In this document: positions 18,088-28,260 of the stretch, piece by piece
Layout of the letters: each line of letters starts with the position of its first letter
How positions within the stretch are numbered: position 1 is the stretch's first letter
NCBI GenBank assembly: GCA_039801885.1
Contig: JBDRVN010000004.1
Coordinates: 1-49,593 of the forward strand
Length of the DNA: 49,593 nt
Direction of reading: 5' to 3'
DNA from: a candidate division WOR-3 bacterium
Lineage (GTDB): Bacteria > Hydrothermota > Tepidihabitantia > Tepidihabitantales > DTDR01
The notes under the pieces: generated by a model
Seen by the model: the letters and a program-made list of their open reading frames with translations, nothing else
What the model was told of the DNA's origin: nothing
The model's database searches: none
Made by a program: the position numbers and the translations under genes

Positions 18088-19097
18088 TAAAAATTGCGGT
18101 TGATGGTTTAGGAAGCGATTCGGCTCCCAAACCAGAAATTTTAGGAGTTGAAAAAGCGTTAGAAGAAAATCCGGAATTAAGTGTTATTCTTATAGGAAAA
18201 AAGGAATTATTTCCTATTTCTTCATTAAAAGAAAAATTTTCTAAACGGATTGATTTTTTAGATTGCGAAATCGGTAATTTTCCATTTGATTCACCGGTGG
18301 AATTCTTGAAAAAAAAGGTAAATAATTCAATTGTTAATGCCATTTCTTTAATAAAGGAGAATAAAGCCTCGGCGGCAGTGAGTGCCGGTGACACAGGAAT
18401 ATTATTAGTAATTGCTTTAAAATTTTTAGGGGTTTTACCCGGTATTCTCCGACCAGCAATTGGTATTCTCTTACCCACCAAAATCGGATTTTCTCTTTTA
18501 ATTGATGCCGGCGCCAACCCAACTGTCAAACCAATTAATTTCCAGCAATTTGCTATTTTAGGATCTTTAACCTACGAATTGCTATTCAAAAAAGCAAATC
18601 CCACGGTCGGTTTATTGAATATTGGTAAAGAAGAAAATAAAGGAACGGAATTATATCAACAAAGTTATAATTTATTAAAAAACTCGCCTCTTAATTTTGT
18701 TGGTAATATTGAAGGTTGTGAAATATTTAAAGGAGTTGTTGATATCATCGTTTGTGACGGATTTGTTGGCAATATTATTTTGAAATTTGGCGAAGGAATT
18801 GTCGAAACACTAAATCAGGCATTAAAAGATTATCTTTCTTCCGAAACAAAATACCGAATGAGAAGATGGTTTTCTAAGCCAGTTTTGGAAGAATTTATAG
18901 AGAAACTAAATTACGAAGAACAAGGAGGCGGAATTTTATTAGGAATTAATGGTACAGTAGTCATTGCCCACGGTAGAAGTAATGAAAAAGCAATTAAAAA
19001 TGCTATCCAAACCGCTGCTTTTTTTGCTCAAAGTAATTTAGTCCAATTTTTAAAAGATAATTTACCATTTTATCTTAATATAAAAAATGAGAATTAA
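18084..19097 (+). CDS. plsX: Phosphate acyltransferase PlsX
   Basis: [42 protein letters not shown]; follows rpmF. Confidence 0.95.
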   Translation: MIKIAVDGLGSDSAPKPEILGVEKALEENPELSVILIGKKELFPISSLKEKFSKRIDFLDCEIGNFPFDSPVEFLKKKVNNSIVNAISLIKENKASAAVSAGDTGILLVIALKFLGVLPGILRPAIGILLPTKIGFSLLIDAGANPTVKPINFQQFAILGSLTYELLFKKANPTVGLLNIGKEENKGTELYQQSYNLLKNSPLNFVGNIEGCEIFKGVVDIIVCDGFVGNIILKFGEGIVETLNQALKDYLSSETKYRMRRWFSKPVLEEFIEKLNYEEQGGGILLGINGTVVIAHGRSNEKAIKNAIQTAAFFAQSNLVQFLKDNLPFYLNIKNEN

Positions 19098-20181
19098 AGA
19101 TTTTTTATTTTTTATTCTTTTAACCTTTTTTACTACTTGCGATATTAATGAAGTCGGTAAAGAGGGGATAAGAGGAAGAGTTGGTCAAGATAGTTTAGCT
19201 TACCTTAATCCGGAACAATTTGGGAAGCTTAGTAAATTTTATCCTTGCGGTGGCAGTCAGGGGTTATTCTTAGGAAAAAATGATTTTTATGAATGCCGAA
19301 TTTTATTAAATTTTTTATTGGATACTTCGTTTAAAAATAGTGAAAAGGTCAAACTCATTCTTTATTCTAAATATTTTTCTTCAATAGCGTTTAAAGTTTA
19401 TCCTTTAATCTTGGAATGGAACGAAAATGAGGTAACTTGGAAATTAGCTAATTCTAATGTTCGTTGGATTAATTACGGTGGCGATTATCGAGAGCTTTTA
19501 TTAGGAGAAGGTGAAACCAAAGAAGACTCAACCATAATCGAATTAAATCCCCAATATTTTGATACTCTCTTCCAAACTAACTATGGTTTAATTTTAATTC
19601 CTCAAAAAATCGGTGAAAAATTTATTTCTTTTTATAGTCGCACCGAAATGAAACCGCCGAAAATTTATTTAAAGAAAAATGGAAAAGACACAACTTTTTA
19701 TCCGGTAGCAAATGCTTATATTGTTGATACCCTTTTTGAAATTCCTGAAAATTATCTTGTTATCGGTAGCGGTTATCCTTTTCTAAGTTATTTAAAATTT
19801 GATTTAAAAGATCTGCCCAAAGAAGCAACAATTATCACTGCTGATTTATTTTTATATCCGGAAATTGATAGTTCTTATTTCCCTTTAGATACCAACGAAA
19901 TCGCTATTTTAAAAATTACCAATGATTATTCAATAAATAAAGAAAATGCTTCTTACGAAATTTTTAAAAGAACCCTGTTTTTAAGAAAGGATTCACTAAT
20001 AAAAATTGATCTTAAAAATTTAATTAATTTTTGGCGAGATAAACCTGATTCTAATTTTGGATTATTTATTTCCCTTTACCCTTTTGCTTCTTATCCCCGA
20101 TTTCTTTTGCTTAAAAATCAAAACGAAAAAGCACCAAAAATCGAAATTTTTTACTTTTTAAAACCAAAAGAAAGATTATGA
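19087..20181 (+). CDS. Putative lipoprotein with DNRLRE-like beta domains
   Basis: FFTTC lipobox; LEWNENEVTW segment; two similar halves. Confidence 0.45.
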   Translation: MRIKDFLFFILLTFFTTCDINEVGKEGIRGRVGQDSLAYLNPEQFGKLSKFYPCGGSQGLFLGKNDFYECRILLNFLLDTSFKNSEKVKLILYSKYFSSIAFKVYPLILEWNENEVTWKLANSNVRWINYGGDYRELLLGEGETKEDSTIIELNPQYFDTLFQTNYGLILIPQKIGEKFISFYSRTEMKPPKIYLKKNGKDTTFYPVANAYIVDTLFEIPENYLVIGSGYPFLSYLKFDLKDLPKEATIITADLFLYPEIDSSYFPLDTNEIAILKITNDYSINKENASYEIFKRTLFLRKDSLIKIDLKNLINFWRDKPDSNFGLFISLYPFASYPRFLLLKNQNEKAPKIEIFYFLKPKERL

Positions 20182-21155
20182 ATTTGCTTATTTTTTATCT
20201 CTTAAGCCAATCATTTTTTAATCCAATTTTTTTGGGTCAAGAGAAAGGCAAATTTTTATTTAAAAGAGAAAATCTATTTTTCGCTCCCAAAACCAAAGTA
20301 TTTTTTTCCTTAAGTAATTATTTTGGCTTAGGAATGGTAAATAAAGAAAAAAGGGCAGTTTTTAATTTCCAACCGGAAGAATTCTATTTTTTTATTCCCT
20401 TTTTAAAAACTTATCAAATTGGTCTAAAAATAGATGAGTATCTAAATCAAGAATATAATATTTATTATCAACCAGCAAATTTTAAGAAAGAAGGATATTT
20501 TTGGCACATAAGTTCTCAAGGCGGAATTTATAATTTAGGTCTTATTCTTACTAAAAATTTTGGAAATCTTTTATTGTTTGGTGAAGGAAATTTAAATTTA
20601 GGAAATAATTTAGAAATCTTTGCCGTAGAGAAAGATAAAAACATTTTTGCTTGTGAAACAATTTCTTATGACTATACCGGTCGAAATTTTAAATCGGGTT
20701 TTATTTTAAAATTAGAAAAATTTTCCTTAGGTTTTCAAACCGGATTTTTAAAAGAGATAAAAGAAAGAAAGAGGACAAAAAGATATTCCTTAAAACCAGA
20801 TTTTAACATTTTCTTTACTCTTTATCTAAAAAATAATCTTCAATTAAGTTCTGGCTACTTTCACCAAAAGGATAGTCTGCTTTTTCCTTTAAAAAATACT
20901 TTTTCTCTTTCCTTTAATTTCTCTTTCTTAAATCGGACAAACACAATAGATATTGGCTTTTCTTTAAATAAAGTAAAAAGAATTCATTTGGGTTTACTTT
21001 CCGAAATAGTTATTAAAAATTACGGCAACTTTTATCCGGAATTATTAATCGGCTATCATAAAAAAGAAAATTTATCAGAGCTACTTTTTACTTTTAAATT
21101 CAATATTCTTTTTGAAGAATTTTGGAAGAGAAGAATAAGAAGATGGGGAAGTTAA
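20178..21155 (+). CDS. Hypothetical protein, probable outer-membrane beta-barrel
   Basis: Short hydrophobic N-terminus, alternating aromatic/Gly strands. Confidence 0.4.
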   Translation: MNLLIFYLLSQSFFNPIFLGQEKGKFLFKRENLFFAPKTKVFFSLSNYFGLGMVNKEKRAVFNFQPEEFYFFIPFLKTYQIGLKIDEYLNQEYNIYYQPANFKKEGYFWHISSQGGIYNLGLILTKNFGNLLLFGEGNLNLGNNLEIFAVEKDKNIFACETISYDYTGRNFKSGFILKLEKFSLGFQTGFLKEIKERKRTKRYSLKPDFNIFFTLYLKNNLQLSSGYFHQKDSLLFPLKNTFSLSFNFSFLNRTNTIDIGFSLNKVKRIHLGLLSEIVIKNYGNFYPELLIGYHKKENLSELLFTFKFNILFEEFWKRRIRRWGS

Positions 21156-21156
21156 G

Positions 21157-21570
21157 ATGTTAGAAAAGACATTGTTAATTATTAAACCTGACGGAGTAAG
21201 AAGAAAATTGATTGGCAAAATAATTTCTCGGATAGAAGAAAATGGCTTTGATATTTTAAACATAAAATTTCTAAAATTGCCTATGGAAGAAGCTAAGGAA
21301 TTTTACAAAATTCATCAAGGAAAAGATTTTTATCTTTCCCTTTGTGAATTTATGGTAAGCGGACCAATTGTTGCTCTTCTTTTAGCGGGTGAAAATGCTC
21401 AGATTCGCCTTCGTAAATTAGTCGGTGCTACTGACCCAAAAAAGGCAGAAGAAGGGACTATTCGTAGAGATTTTGGCACTTCAATTCAGGAAAATGTTGT
21501 CCACGCCGCTAATCCGGAAGAAAATGTAGAAAGAGAAATAAAGTTTTTCTTTCCTGAGACAATAATTTGA
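21157..21570 (+). CDS. ndk: Nucleoside diphosphate kinase
   Basis: TLLIIKPDGV, GATDP, GTIRRDFG, NVVHA. Confidence 0.97.
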   Translation: MLEKTLLIIKPDGVRRKLIGKIISRIEENGFDILNIKFLKLPMEEAKEFYKIHQGKDFYLSLCEFMVSGPIVALLLAGENAQIRLRKLVGATDPKKAEEGTIRRDFGTSIQENVVHAANPEENVEREIKFFFPETII

Positions 21571-22850
21571 AAGTTAAGATAAAAAAAATATTTATAATAA
21601 CAGTTTTTTTGATTAATTGTAGTTATTTTAATCTCTTCTATAATGCCAATAAATATTTTCAAGAAGGACTGAAAACAAAAAATATCAGTGAAGCCCAGAT
21701 AAAATTCAATAAGGCAAAGGAGAAAAGCAATTTACTATTAGTTAAATATCCTAATTCCAAATGGGAAGGAGATGCCCTTTTTATTATCGCCGTTAGTAAT
21801 TATTATCTTAAAGAATATAAAAAAGCCCTTGAACAATTTGACCTTTTTTTATCCTATTTTCCCAATCATAAAAAGAAAGAGGACGCCCTTTATTACCAAG
21901 CTCTTACTTATTTAGAATTAAAAGAATATCCTAAAGCAATAGAAATTTTAAGATCCCTTTCTTCTCTTTCTAAAAAATATTTGCCTTTGGCAAAATATCA
22001 GATTGCCTTAAGTTATTATTTCCAAAAAGATTATCAAGTATTTTTAGACTCTATCCTTGACTTTGTTAATAATTTTAAGAGACATCCGTTAAGAAAAGAA
22101 GCGTTATTAAAAATTGCTGAAGCAAAAAAAGAAATGGGACAACTATCCGAGACAAAAATTTTTTATAATGAACTATTCAAAATAGAAAAAGATGAAAAAG
22201 AGAAAATTAATATTTTAATAAAAATGATTGACTGTTTAGATACCGAAAATCAAGATACTTTAAAAATTTATCTTAAAAAATTAGAAAAATATTTAGATAA
22301 ATATCCAGATTTAAATAATTTAATTTATTTAAATATTGGTAAAATTTATTTATGGCTAAAAGACGATCAAAAAGCCTTTTCTAATCTTACCAAAGTTAAA
22401 GGTAGCGAAACCCAAATGGCTTATTACCTTATTGGCGAGCGTTGGGAAGAAAAAGGGATGTTTGATAGTGCCTTGGTTTATTATGACTCTTCTTATCAGA
22501 AAAATCCTAATTCGGAATTGGGTTCAATAATAAGTTGGAAAAAGAGTTTAATAAATGAATTATTAAACCAAACAAAAGAAGATACCTTAGAACCTGCCTT
22601 TTATCATTTTAAATTAGCCGAAGTCTATTTTCTCTCTTTAAACGATTATTCTTCTGCTTTAAAGGAATATGAAAAAATTTATAAGAATTATCCTAATAGT
22701 AAATATGCCTTAAAGGCAAAGTTTGCTTCGGCTTATTTTTATTATACCGAAATTGATAAAGAGAAGGGGGAAAAACTTTTTCAAGAAATTATTAAGGAAG
22801 CACCGGAGAGTGAATATGCCAAAAAGGCAAAAGAAATTCTGAAATTATGA
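21567..22850 (+). CDS. TPR-repeat lipoprotein (BamD-like)
   Basis: LINCSYFNLFYNA N-terminus; repeated YPxS TPR motifs. Confidence 0.7.
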   Translation: MKVKIKKIFIITVFLINCSYFNLFYNANKYFQEGLKTKNISEAQIKFNKAKEKSNLLLVKYPNSKWEGDALFIIAVSNYYLKEYKKALEQFDLFLSYFPNHKKKEDALYYQALTYLELKEYPKAIEILRSLSSLSKKYLPLAKYQIALSYYFQKDYQVFLDSILDFVNNFKRHPLRKEALLKIAEAKKEMGQLSETKIFYNELFKIEKDEKEKINILIKMIDCLDTENQDTLKIYLKKLEKYLDKYPDLNNLIYLNIGKIYLWLKDDQKAFSNLTKVKGSETQMAYYLIGERWEEKGMFDSALVYYDSSYQKNPNSELGSIISWKKSLINELLNQTKEDTLEPAFYHFKLAEVYFLSLNDYSSALKEYEKIYKNYPNSKYALKAKFASAYFYYTEIDKEKGEKLFQEIIKEAPESEYAKKAKEILKL

Positions 22851-23620
22851 ATAAAATCTTTTGGGAGAAAGTAAAAATTAAAGAGAAGATAAATTTCTCT
22901 GCTAAAATTATTGGCTTTTGTTTAGCAACAGAAAATATTGCTAAAAACAGCAAAATAGGTCAATTTATCCATATTAAAATTAATGAGGATAAAAATTTGA
23001 TTTTACGCCGACCTTTTTCTATTGCTGATATAGAAAACAATGATATACTTTTTATCTTTCGGATTGTTGGCAAAGGGACTTTTTTATTAAGCAAATTAAA
23101 TAAAGATGATGAATTAGATATTTTAGGACCTTTGGGAAAACCGATTGAAATACCAGAAGAAAAAGATATTCTCATTTTGGGCGGTGGTTTAGGAATTGCT
23201 CCCCTTTATTTTCTCTCTAAAATTCTTTTAGAGAATAAAAAAAATTTATTTGCTATCTTCGGTGCTAAAAATAGTGAAGAATTGATATTAAAAGAAAAAT
23301 TTGAGAAATTAAATTTAAATAGACTAATTTTCTATACAGAAGATGGCAGTTATGGAAAAAAAGGGAAAGTGACTGATGAGATTTCTCAAATAACAAAAGA
23401 AAAAGAATTTAAGATTGCCTATTGTGCTGGTCCAATTGAAATGTTAAGAAAAATAAAATTAATGTTAAAAGAGAAAATAAAAATCTATGGTTTCTTAGAA
23501 GAACGAATGGGTTGCGGTGTTGGGTTATGTTCTGTTTGTGCGATACCAAAAAATGACGGCACCTATCTTCATTTATGTGAAGATGGTCCTTGTCTATTAT
23601 TGAATGAAATCTTATTATGA
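22847..23620 (+). CDS. pyrK: Dihydroorotate dehydrogenase electron transfer subunit
   Basis: LRRPFSI, GGGLGIAPL, ERMGCGVGLCSVC...CEDGP. Confidence 0.93.
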   Translation: MNKIFWEKVKIKEKINFSAKIIGFCLATENIAKNSKIGQFIHIKINEDKNLILRRPFSIADIENNDILFIFRIVGKGTFLLSKLNKDDELDILGPLGKPIEIPEEKDILILGGGLGIAPLYFLSKILLENKKNLFAIFGAKNSEELILKEKFEKLNLNRLIFYTEDGSYGKKGKVTDEISQITKEKEFKIAYCAGPIEMLRKIKLMLKEKIKIYGFLEERMGCGVGLCSVCAIPKNDGTYLHLCEDGPCLLLNEILL

Positions 23621-24522
23621 ATTTAGCCCAAAGAATTAAGAATATAAATTTCCAGAATCCAATACTATTAGCCAGCGGTACTTATGGATTTGGATTAAAA
23701 TTTAAAGAGATAATAAATTTAACCGGTGGAATTATTACCAAAACAATTACTTTTAATCCGATTATTGGTAATCCACCGCCAAGGATTTATGAATTTGAAG
23801 GTGGTATTATCAATTCTATTGGTTTAGAAAATCCCGGAGCAGCATATTTCAAAAATAAAATCTTACCCAATCTAAAAAATTTAGATACTAATCTTATTGT
23901 CAGTGTTGGCGGAACTTCCATAGAAGAGATAATAAATGTAATAAAAATCCTTGAAGATAATACAATTTCTGCTTATGAAATAAATCTTTCCTGTCCAAAT
24001 GTAAAAGAAGGAGGGATTAGTTTAGGACAAAATCTAATAGTAGTTGAAAATATTTGTAAGGAAGTAAAAAAAATAACTAAAAAACCGATAATTGCTAAAA
24101 TACCAACAGTATTCTGTAATCCTATAGAAATTGCCAAAGCCGCTGAAAAAGGAGGTGCGGATTTTATAACAATTACCAATACTATTCCTGGTTTAGTTAT
24201 TGATATTGAAGGACAAAAACCTTTTTTAGGAGGAGTTAGTGGCGGAATTTCTGGTTCTTTTTTAAAATACTATTCCCTTTATCTTATTGCAAAAATTAGA
24301 AAAGTTATTAAAATACCAATAATTGGCTGTGGTGGAATTAGAGATTATAAAGATGTTTTGGAATATTTATTTTGTGGAGCAATGCTTGTTGAGATTGGAA
24401 CTTTGAATTTGGCAAATCCCTTTATGGTAGCAGGAATCATTGAAGATTTAAAAAGATGGGGAAAAGTAAAGGGAATAAAGAATATTAAGGAGATAATAAA
24501 AAGAATGGAGGTTGAAATATGA
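23617..24522 (+). CDS. pyrD: Dihydroorotate dehydrogenase family 1B catalytic subunit
   Basis: NPILLASGT, GNPPPRI, INSIGLENPG, EINLSCPNV, GGISG. Confidence 0.95.
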   Translation: MNLAQRIKNINFQNPILLASGTYGFGLKFKEIINLTGGIITKTITFNPIIGNPPPRIYEFEGGIINSIGLENPGAAYFKNKILPNLKNLDTNLIVSVGGTSIEEIINVIKILEDNTISAYEINLSCPNVKEGGISLGQNLIVVENICKEVKKITKKPIIAKIPTVFCNPIEIAKAAEKGGADFITITNTIPGLVIDIEGQKPFLGGVSGGISGSFLKYYSLYLIAKIRKVIKIPIIGCGGIRDYKDVLEYLFCGAMLVEIGTLNLANPFMVAGIIEDLKRWGKVKGIKNIKEIIKRMEVEI

Positions 24523-25259
24523 CCAAAATAATTGTTGCTTTAGATGTTGATTCAATGCAAAAAGCAAGAAAGATTGTCGACCGTTTAAAAGGTTGGCCGG
24601 ATATGTTTAAAGTCGGTTTATATCTTTTTACTCGGGTTGGTCCTACTGTATTAAAAATGATAAAAGGATATAATGAGAAAATTTTTTTAGATCTAAAATT
24701 TTTTGATATTCCATCAATTGTGGAAAAGGCTTGTGAAAGTTGTCTAAAATGGCAGGTAGATATGTTCAATTTACATATCCTTGGCGGTTATGAGATGTTA
24801 AAAAGAGCAACCGATTTTGTTTTTAACTATTGTGAGAAAAAGATGATAAAAGAAAGACCAAAGATTATTGGTGTTACTTTATTAACAAGTTTTAAAGAAA
24901 ATAGTTTATTAGAAACTTTAAATATAAAAGAAGAAAATTTTCAAGATATGGTAATTAGACTGGCTTTAATTGCCAAAAGAGCAAATTTAGATGGTGTGGT
25001 TGCTTCGCCGAGAGATATAAAAAGGATTAAAGAAGAGTGTGGCAAAGATTTTTTAGTTGTTTCACCGGGAATTAGATTACCGGAAATAGAAATACCAAAA
25101 GATGACCAAGAAAGAACAATGACACCAAAAGAAGCTGCCGAAGTCGGTGCTGATTATATTGTAATTGGCAGACCAGTATTAAAAGCCGAAGACCCAATTG
25201 GATTAATATTAAAAATTAAAGAAGAGATAAAAAAAGTATATGAAACCAGAGGAAATTGA
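24519..25259 (+). CDS. pyrF: Orotidine 5'-phosphate decarboxylase
   Basis: IIVALD, FLDLKFFDIP, VSPGIR, DDQERTMTP, IVIGRP. Confidence 0.96.
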   Translation: MTKIIVALDVDSMQKARKIVDRLKGWPDMFKVGLYLFTRVGPTVLKMIKGYNEKIFLDLKFFDIPSIVEKACESCLKWQVDMFNLHILGGYEMLKRATDFVFNYCEKKMIKERPKIIGVTLLTSFKENSLLETLNIKEENFQDMVIRLALIAKRANLDGVVASPRDIKRIKEECGKDFLVVSPGIRLPEIEIPKDDQERTMTPKEAAEVGADYIVIGRPVLKAEDPIGLILKIKEEIKKVYETRGN

Positions 25260-25803
25260 AAAACTTTTGTTAAAATATCAGGTATTAAAAGAAGGACATT
25301 TTTTATTATCTTCTGGTTATCATTCCCAATATTATTTTGAAAAATTTCGGATTATTGAGCATCCAAGTTTACTAACCAAATTTTGCTCTTTAATTAAAAA
25401 AAATTTTAGAAGGAAAAAGATTGATATTGTTTGTGGACCAACAACCGGGGGCGCAATTATTGCCTATGAACTTGCCCGGCAATTAAACAAAAGATTAATA
25501 ATTGCTGAAAAAGAGAGTGAAAAAAGAGTAATAAAAAGAGGGTTTGTTATTAAGAAAACAGATAGAGTTTTAATTGTTGACGATGTTTTAACTACTGGTA
25601 ATTCAATAAGGGAAACAATCAATGCCTTAAAACCTTTTGGTTGTAAAATTACTGGTATTGCTGTTTTAATTGATAGAAGCACAAAAAAGATAAAAGATTT
25701 CAAATATTTTGCCCTTTACAAAAAAGAGGTGCCAATTTTTGCGAAAGAAGAATGCCCCCTTTGTAAAAATTATTTTCCCTTAGAAAGACCGGGTAGCGCC
25801 TAA
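25240..25803 (+). CDS. pyrE: Orotate phosphoribosyltransferase
   Basis: GHFLLSSGYHS, LIVDDVLTTG PRPP motif. Confidence 0.95.
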   Translation: MKPEEIEKLLLKYQVLKEGHFLLSSGYHSQYYFEKFRIIEHPSLLTKFCSLIKKNFRRKKIDIVCGPTTGGAIIAYELARQLNKRLIIAEKESEKRVIKRGFVIKKTDRVLIVDDVLTTGNSIRETINALKPFGCKITGIAVLIDRSTKKIKDFKYFALYKKEVPIFAKEECPLCKNYFPLERPGSA

Positions 25804-25818
25804 GAAATTTTTATCATA

Positions 25819-25847
25819 TTGACAAATTAAAGTTGATTCTCTATAAT
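25819..25847 (+). promoter_or_regulatory. Leaderless-type consensus promoter
   Basis: TTGACA 25819-25824, 17 nt, TATAAT 25842-25847, 7 nt, ATG 25855. Confidence 0.75.
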
Positions 25848-25854
25848 TAAAAAA

Positions 25855-27873
25855 ATGAAACTCTTTTTGATAATTTTATTTTTTTCTTTAGTAATAAAGG
25901 GATATCCAATATTTAATACGGATAGTGCTTATTTTCATCTTAAAGAAGAGATGGATAAATATCATAAAACTTTTGATGTCTATACTGATATGGATGCTGG
26001 CGGAAATCATTATCTACCAACTGAAATAATGAATAGCGAAGCAATTTCTTTAACCCAGACTTGTACATTAGGAATGTATTCGGGAATTACCTGTATAAAA
26101 GCAATTTATTTTGCTCAGCAAGCAGAATGGGCAGGTGTTGGTTGGTATGATTCTCTTGGTTATGATTTGACCGGTGCTGAAACCTGCTCTTTTTGGGCAA
26201 AAGGTGAAAATGGCGGAGAAGTTATTAGGTTTGAAGTTGGCGGACCTTATGATTCTATTTACCGTTCAATAACCGTTATTCTTTCCGATACTTGGCAAAA
26301 ATATTACATAGATTTGCGTGGTGGTAATTTAAGAAATTTAAAAAGAGGTTTCTGCTTTGTGGCGGAAAGAACAAATAACCCTTCTGGTTGCACTTTCTAT
26401 CTTGATGATATAAAATTTGATTTGGCGAGACTTGATTCATTAAGGCTTATCCACACTTATTTACCCTTATTTTATCGTCACGACCAAAAATGGGCATTAA
26501 ACCAAGCATATACTTATCCGAATGTCTTAGCAATGCTTGCCTTTATGAAAAGAAGAAATCCTGACGACATTCGTCGGGCAAGAATTATTGGCGATGCCTT
26601 TGTTTTTGCTCAAAATTATGACCGATTTTATCAAGATGGCCGCTTAAGAAATGCTTACCGAACAGGCGATATTAAAGACCATCATACTGGAAAGGCTTTA
26701 CTTCCGGGATGGTGGGATGATTCTTTATCTTTATGGTGTGAGGATAAATATCAAGTTGGGACCTATACCGGCGAAATGGCTTGGTTAATATTATCTTGGC
26801 TTATTTATGATTCAATTACGCAGGAAAGGCGATATCTATCAAATGCTATCCGTTTGGGAAATTGGATTGCTGATAGTTGTTATGATTCCACAGGTATTCC
26901 TGGTTATACCGGCGGTTTTGAAGGTTTTGAGCAACCACCGGAAAGCCTTAAAAAATTAAGATGGAAATCAACCGAACATAATCTTGACCTATATGTTGCC
27001 TTTACTTGGTTATTTAGGCTTACTCAGAACCCAATTTGGCAAATAAGAGGAGAAAGGGCATTAAATTTTGTAAAAGCAATGTGGGATTCTATTTCTGGTT
27101 ATTTTTGGTGCGGCACAAAAGAAGATGGAACAATAGATACCCTTTTAGTTTTAGATGCCCAAACCTGGGGGTTAATTGCTACCTGTGATAGTAATCGCTA
27201 CCGACAGGCTCTCGTTTCTGCCGAGAACAACTGTCGCCGAGAAACATTAGGATATAAAGGATTTTGTTTTAGCGAAAGGGGAGATGGAATATGGTGGGAA
27301 GGAACAGGTCAAATGATTTGTGCCTATCAATTTATTGGTCAATATGAAAAAACTGATACCTTTCTTAATCAATTAAGAATCTGGCAGCGATTATCTCCTT
27401 ACGGTAATAATAAAGGAATTGTTGCCTGTCATCCAGAAAGTTCTTATACGGGAATTAATCGATTTTGGGGACCTTGGTATTACTTTCCAAGATTAGATAT
27501 TGGTGCCACTTCTTGGTATATCTTTGCCGAAAACCGCTATAACCCATTTTGGAACGACACATTTCCGCTTCCTCCTTCGGCAATCAATAAAGAAGATAAA
27601 TTACCTCCAAAAATAAAAACCAAAAACTTTTTTACTCCCTTTGGTTCAAAATTTCTTATCTGCTTACCCGAAAGAGAGATAATTAAAATAAAAATTTATA
27701 GTATTAAAGGTGATTTGGTTGCTATCTTACTTGACAAAAATAAAAAAGATACCAATTTTATCCTTTGGAACGGAACGGATAAAAAAGGTAAAAAATTACC
27801 TTCTGGTATCTATTTTATATCAATAATTAGTGATAAATTAAAATTAACAGAAAAAATTATTATAAAAAATTAA
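25855..27873 (+). CDS. Secreted protein: CBM-like domain, glycosidase-like alpha/alpha barrel and FlgD-Ig/T9SS-like tail
   Basis: Signal-like N-terminus; YDLTGAETCSFWAKGENGGE...WQKYYIDL CBM-like segment; WKSTEHNLD and WWEGTGQ motifs; tail WNGTDKKGKKLPSGIYF. Confidence 0.55.
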   Translation: MKLFLIILFFSLVIKGYPIFNTDSAYFHLKEEMDKYHKTFDVYTDMDAGGNHYLPTEIMNSEAISLTQTCTLGMYSGITCIKAIYFAQQAEWAGVGWYDSLGYDLTGAETCSFWAKGENGGEVIRFEVGGPYDSIYRSITVILSDTWQKYYIDLRGGNLRNLKRGFCFVAERTNNPSGCTFYLDDIKFDLARLDSLRLIHTYLPLFYRHDQKWALNQAYTYPNVLAMLAFMKRRNPDDIRRARIIGDAFVFAQNYDRFYQDGRLRNAYRTGDIKDHHTGKALLPGWWDDSLSLWCEDKYQVGTYTGEMAWLILSWLIYDSITQERRYLSNAIRLGNWIADSCYDSTGIPGYTGGFEGFEQPPESLKKLRWKSTEHNLDLYVAFTWLFRLTQNPIWQIRGERALNFVKAMWDSISGYFWCGTKEDGTIDTLLVLDAQTWGLIATCDSNRYRQALVSAENNCRRETLGYKGFCFSERGDGIWWEGTGQMICAYQFIGQYEKTDTFLNQLRIWQRLSPYGNNKGIVACHPESSYTGINRFWGPWYYFPRLDIGATSWYIFAENRYNPFWNDTFPLPPSAINKEDKLPPKIKTKNFFTPFGSKFLICLPEREIIKIKIYSIKGDLVAILLDKNKKDTNFILWNGTDKKGKKLPSGIYFISIISDKLKLTEKIIIKN

Positions 27874-27968
27874 GAAAAACCTATTATTAGGTTATAATAT
27901 TATCTAAAATTTTTATACCAATTAGGATATCCACAGGGTTTATCAGTAATACACTTTCTAAGAGAAAC

Positions 27969-28112
27969 GATAATAATATTATTAGAATGAATAACAATAC
28001 CTTTATTAAAATTAACGATAATACCCTTATTAGAATTAATGATAATACCCTTATGTAAACGAATAACAAGAGGCTTATTAAAGGAAGCAATAAGAGAGTT
28101 ATTAAGACGAGT
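27969..28112. repeat. Degenerate 24-nt tandem repeat, 6 units
   Basis: Units start at 27969, 27993, 28017, 28041, 28065 and 28089; best-conserved unit GATAATACCCTTATTAGAATTAAT. Confidence 0.8.
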
Positions 28113-28119
28113 AAAATAC

Positions 28120-28147
28120 GATAGGGGGAGACGTTCCCTATCTTTTT
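28120..28147 (+). terminator. Intrinsic terminator
   Basis: GATAGGG/CCCTATC stem (28120-28126/28136-28142), extendable by two G-U pairs, then TTTTT. Confidence 0.75.
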
Positions 28148-28210
28148 GTTGAATCTAAAATAACTATTTGAAATATAAAGACTTATAAGAAATTTCTACC
28201 TTAAAAATTT

Positions 28211-28225
28211 TTGCATGCTATGCAA
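28211..28225. promoter_or_regulatory. Palindromic operator candidate TTGCAT-N3-ATGCAA
   Basis: Perfect 6+6 inverted repeat ending 1 nt before the -35 box of the HTH gene. Confidence 0.5.
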
Positions 28226-28226
28226 C

Positions 28227-28254
28227 TTGAAATAAAATCTTTAATGGTTATAAT
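28227..28254 (+). promoter_or_regulatory. Leaderless-type promoter of the XRE-HTH gene
   Basis: TTGAAA 28227-28232, 16 nt, TATAAT 28249-28254, 6 nt, ATG 28261. Confidence 0.65.
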
Positions 28255-28260
28255 AAGGTG

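Noticed and set aside
27969-28112. CRISPR array
   Set aside because: Units are contiguous with no unique spacers, they diverge in codon-like fashion, and there are no cas genes.
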